The notes under the pieces: model-generated
What the model was told of the DNA's origin: nothing
The model's input: the letters and a program-made list of their open reading frames with translations, nothing else
Databases searched by the model: none
Made by a program: the position numbers and the translations under genes
Shown: piece by piece, positions 52,995 through 53,248 of the stretch
Numbering within the stretch: position 1 is the stretch's first letter
Layout of the letters: each line of letters starts with the position of its first letter
Virus record (IMG/VR): IMGVR_UViG_3300049489_000151
Span: 1 to 53,248 of that record
From: a virus
Lineage: Duplodnaviria; Caudoviricetes
Length of the DNA: 53,248 nucleotides
Strand: one strand, 5' to 3'

Positions 52995-53248
52995 GGGGAC
53001 GAACCCTACAGCATGAAGAGAAGGGACGCAAGTGGTTGTGACCATGGTCACAACAAGGGTCCTCACAGAGACATAGGTCTCGCCAGACTTCGGACACTCG
53101 GACTCGCTCCGCTCGTCCTGTTTCTCTTGGTGGGTTACCAGTCTTTGAGAGCTGGTACTTGTAGTTGAACCATTGTTCGTTTGGTAGTTCTAAACCCCAT
53201 GAGTGTCCTCACGTCCGTCTATTCTAGTAGCGTTGTCAAGTGCCCTGG

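Noticed and set aside
1-53248. Prophage or host chromosome segment
   Set aside because: No integrase or housekeeping operons; gene content is phage-like throughout, though only part of the genome is visible

Overview
This window is part of a large (apparently lytic) actinobacteriophage genome, based on two WhiB genes, a leaderless-type promoter and high GC. No integrase or virion structural genes are recognisable. Layout: (1) 50-3706, a minus-strand array of 18 tRNAs with an HNH gene, three circularly permuted tRNA-like RNAs and several other structured spacers. (2) 3.7-10.7 kb, minus-strand accessory genes including RNR beta and a stand-alone NrdA C-terminal-tail peptide. (3) 10.8-11.25 kb, a divergent non-coding region with DnaA boxes and five copies of a CRP-box-like 16-mer. 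(4) 11.7-24.9 kb, a plus-strand early-like region with a long structured leader and three intergenic type II hammerhead ribozymes, followed by an SNF2 helicase, rIIA/rIIB, an L7/L12-domain gene, a MoxR-AAA/VWA pair and WhiB. (5) 24.9-53.2 kb, minus-strand nucleotide-metabolism, recombination and replication genes (ParB-like paralogs, SpoVS, resolvases, Cas4-like nuclease, RecA, PolA, SSB, SNF2, primase, DnaB, DnaC). The strongest candidates for a new system are RNA-based: hammerheads that would cut the early mRNA into gene-sized pieces, and the permuted tRNA/Y-RNA-like molecules. All calls come from manual reading; no databases or folding programs were run.
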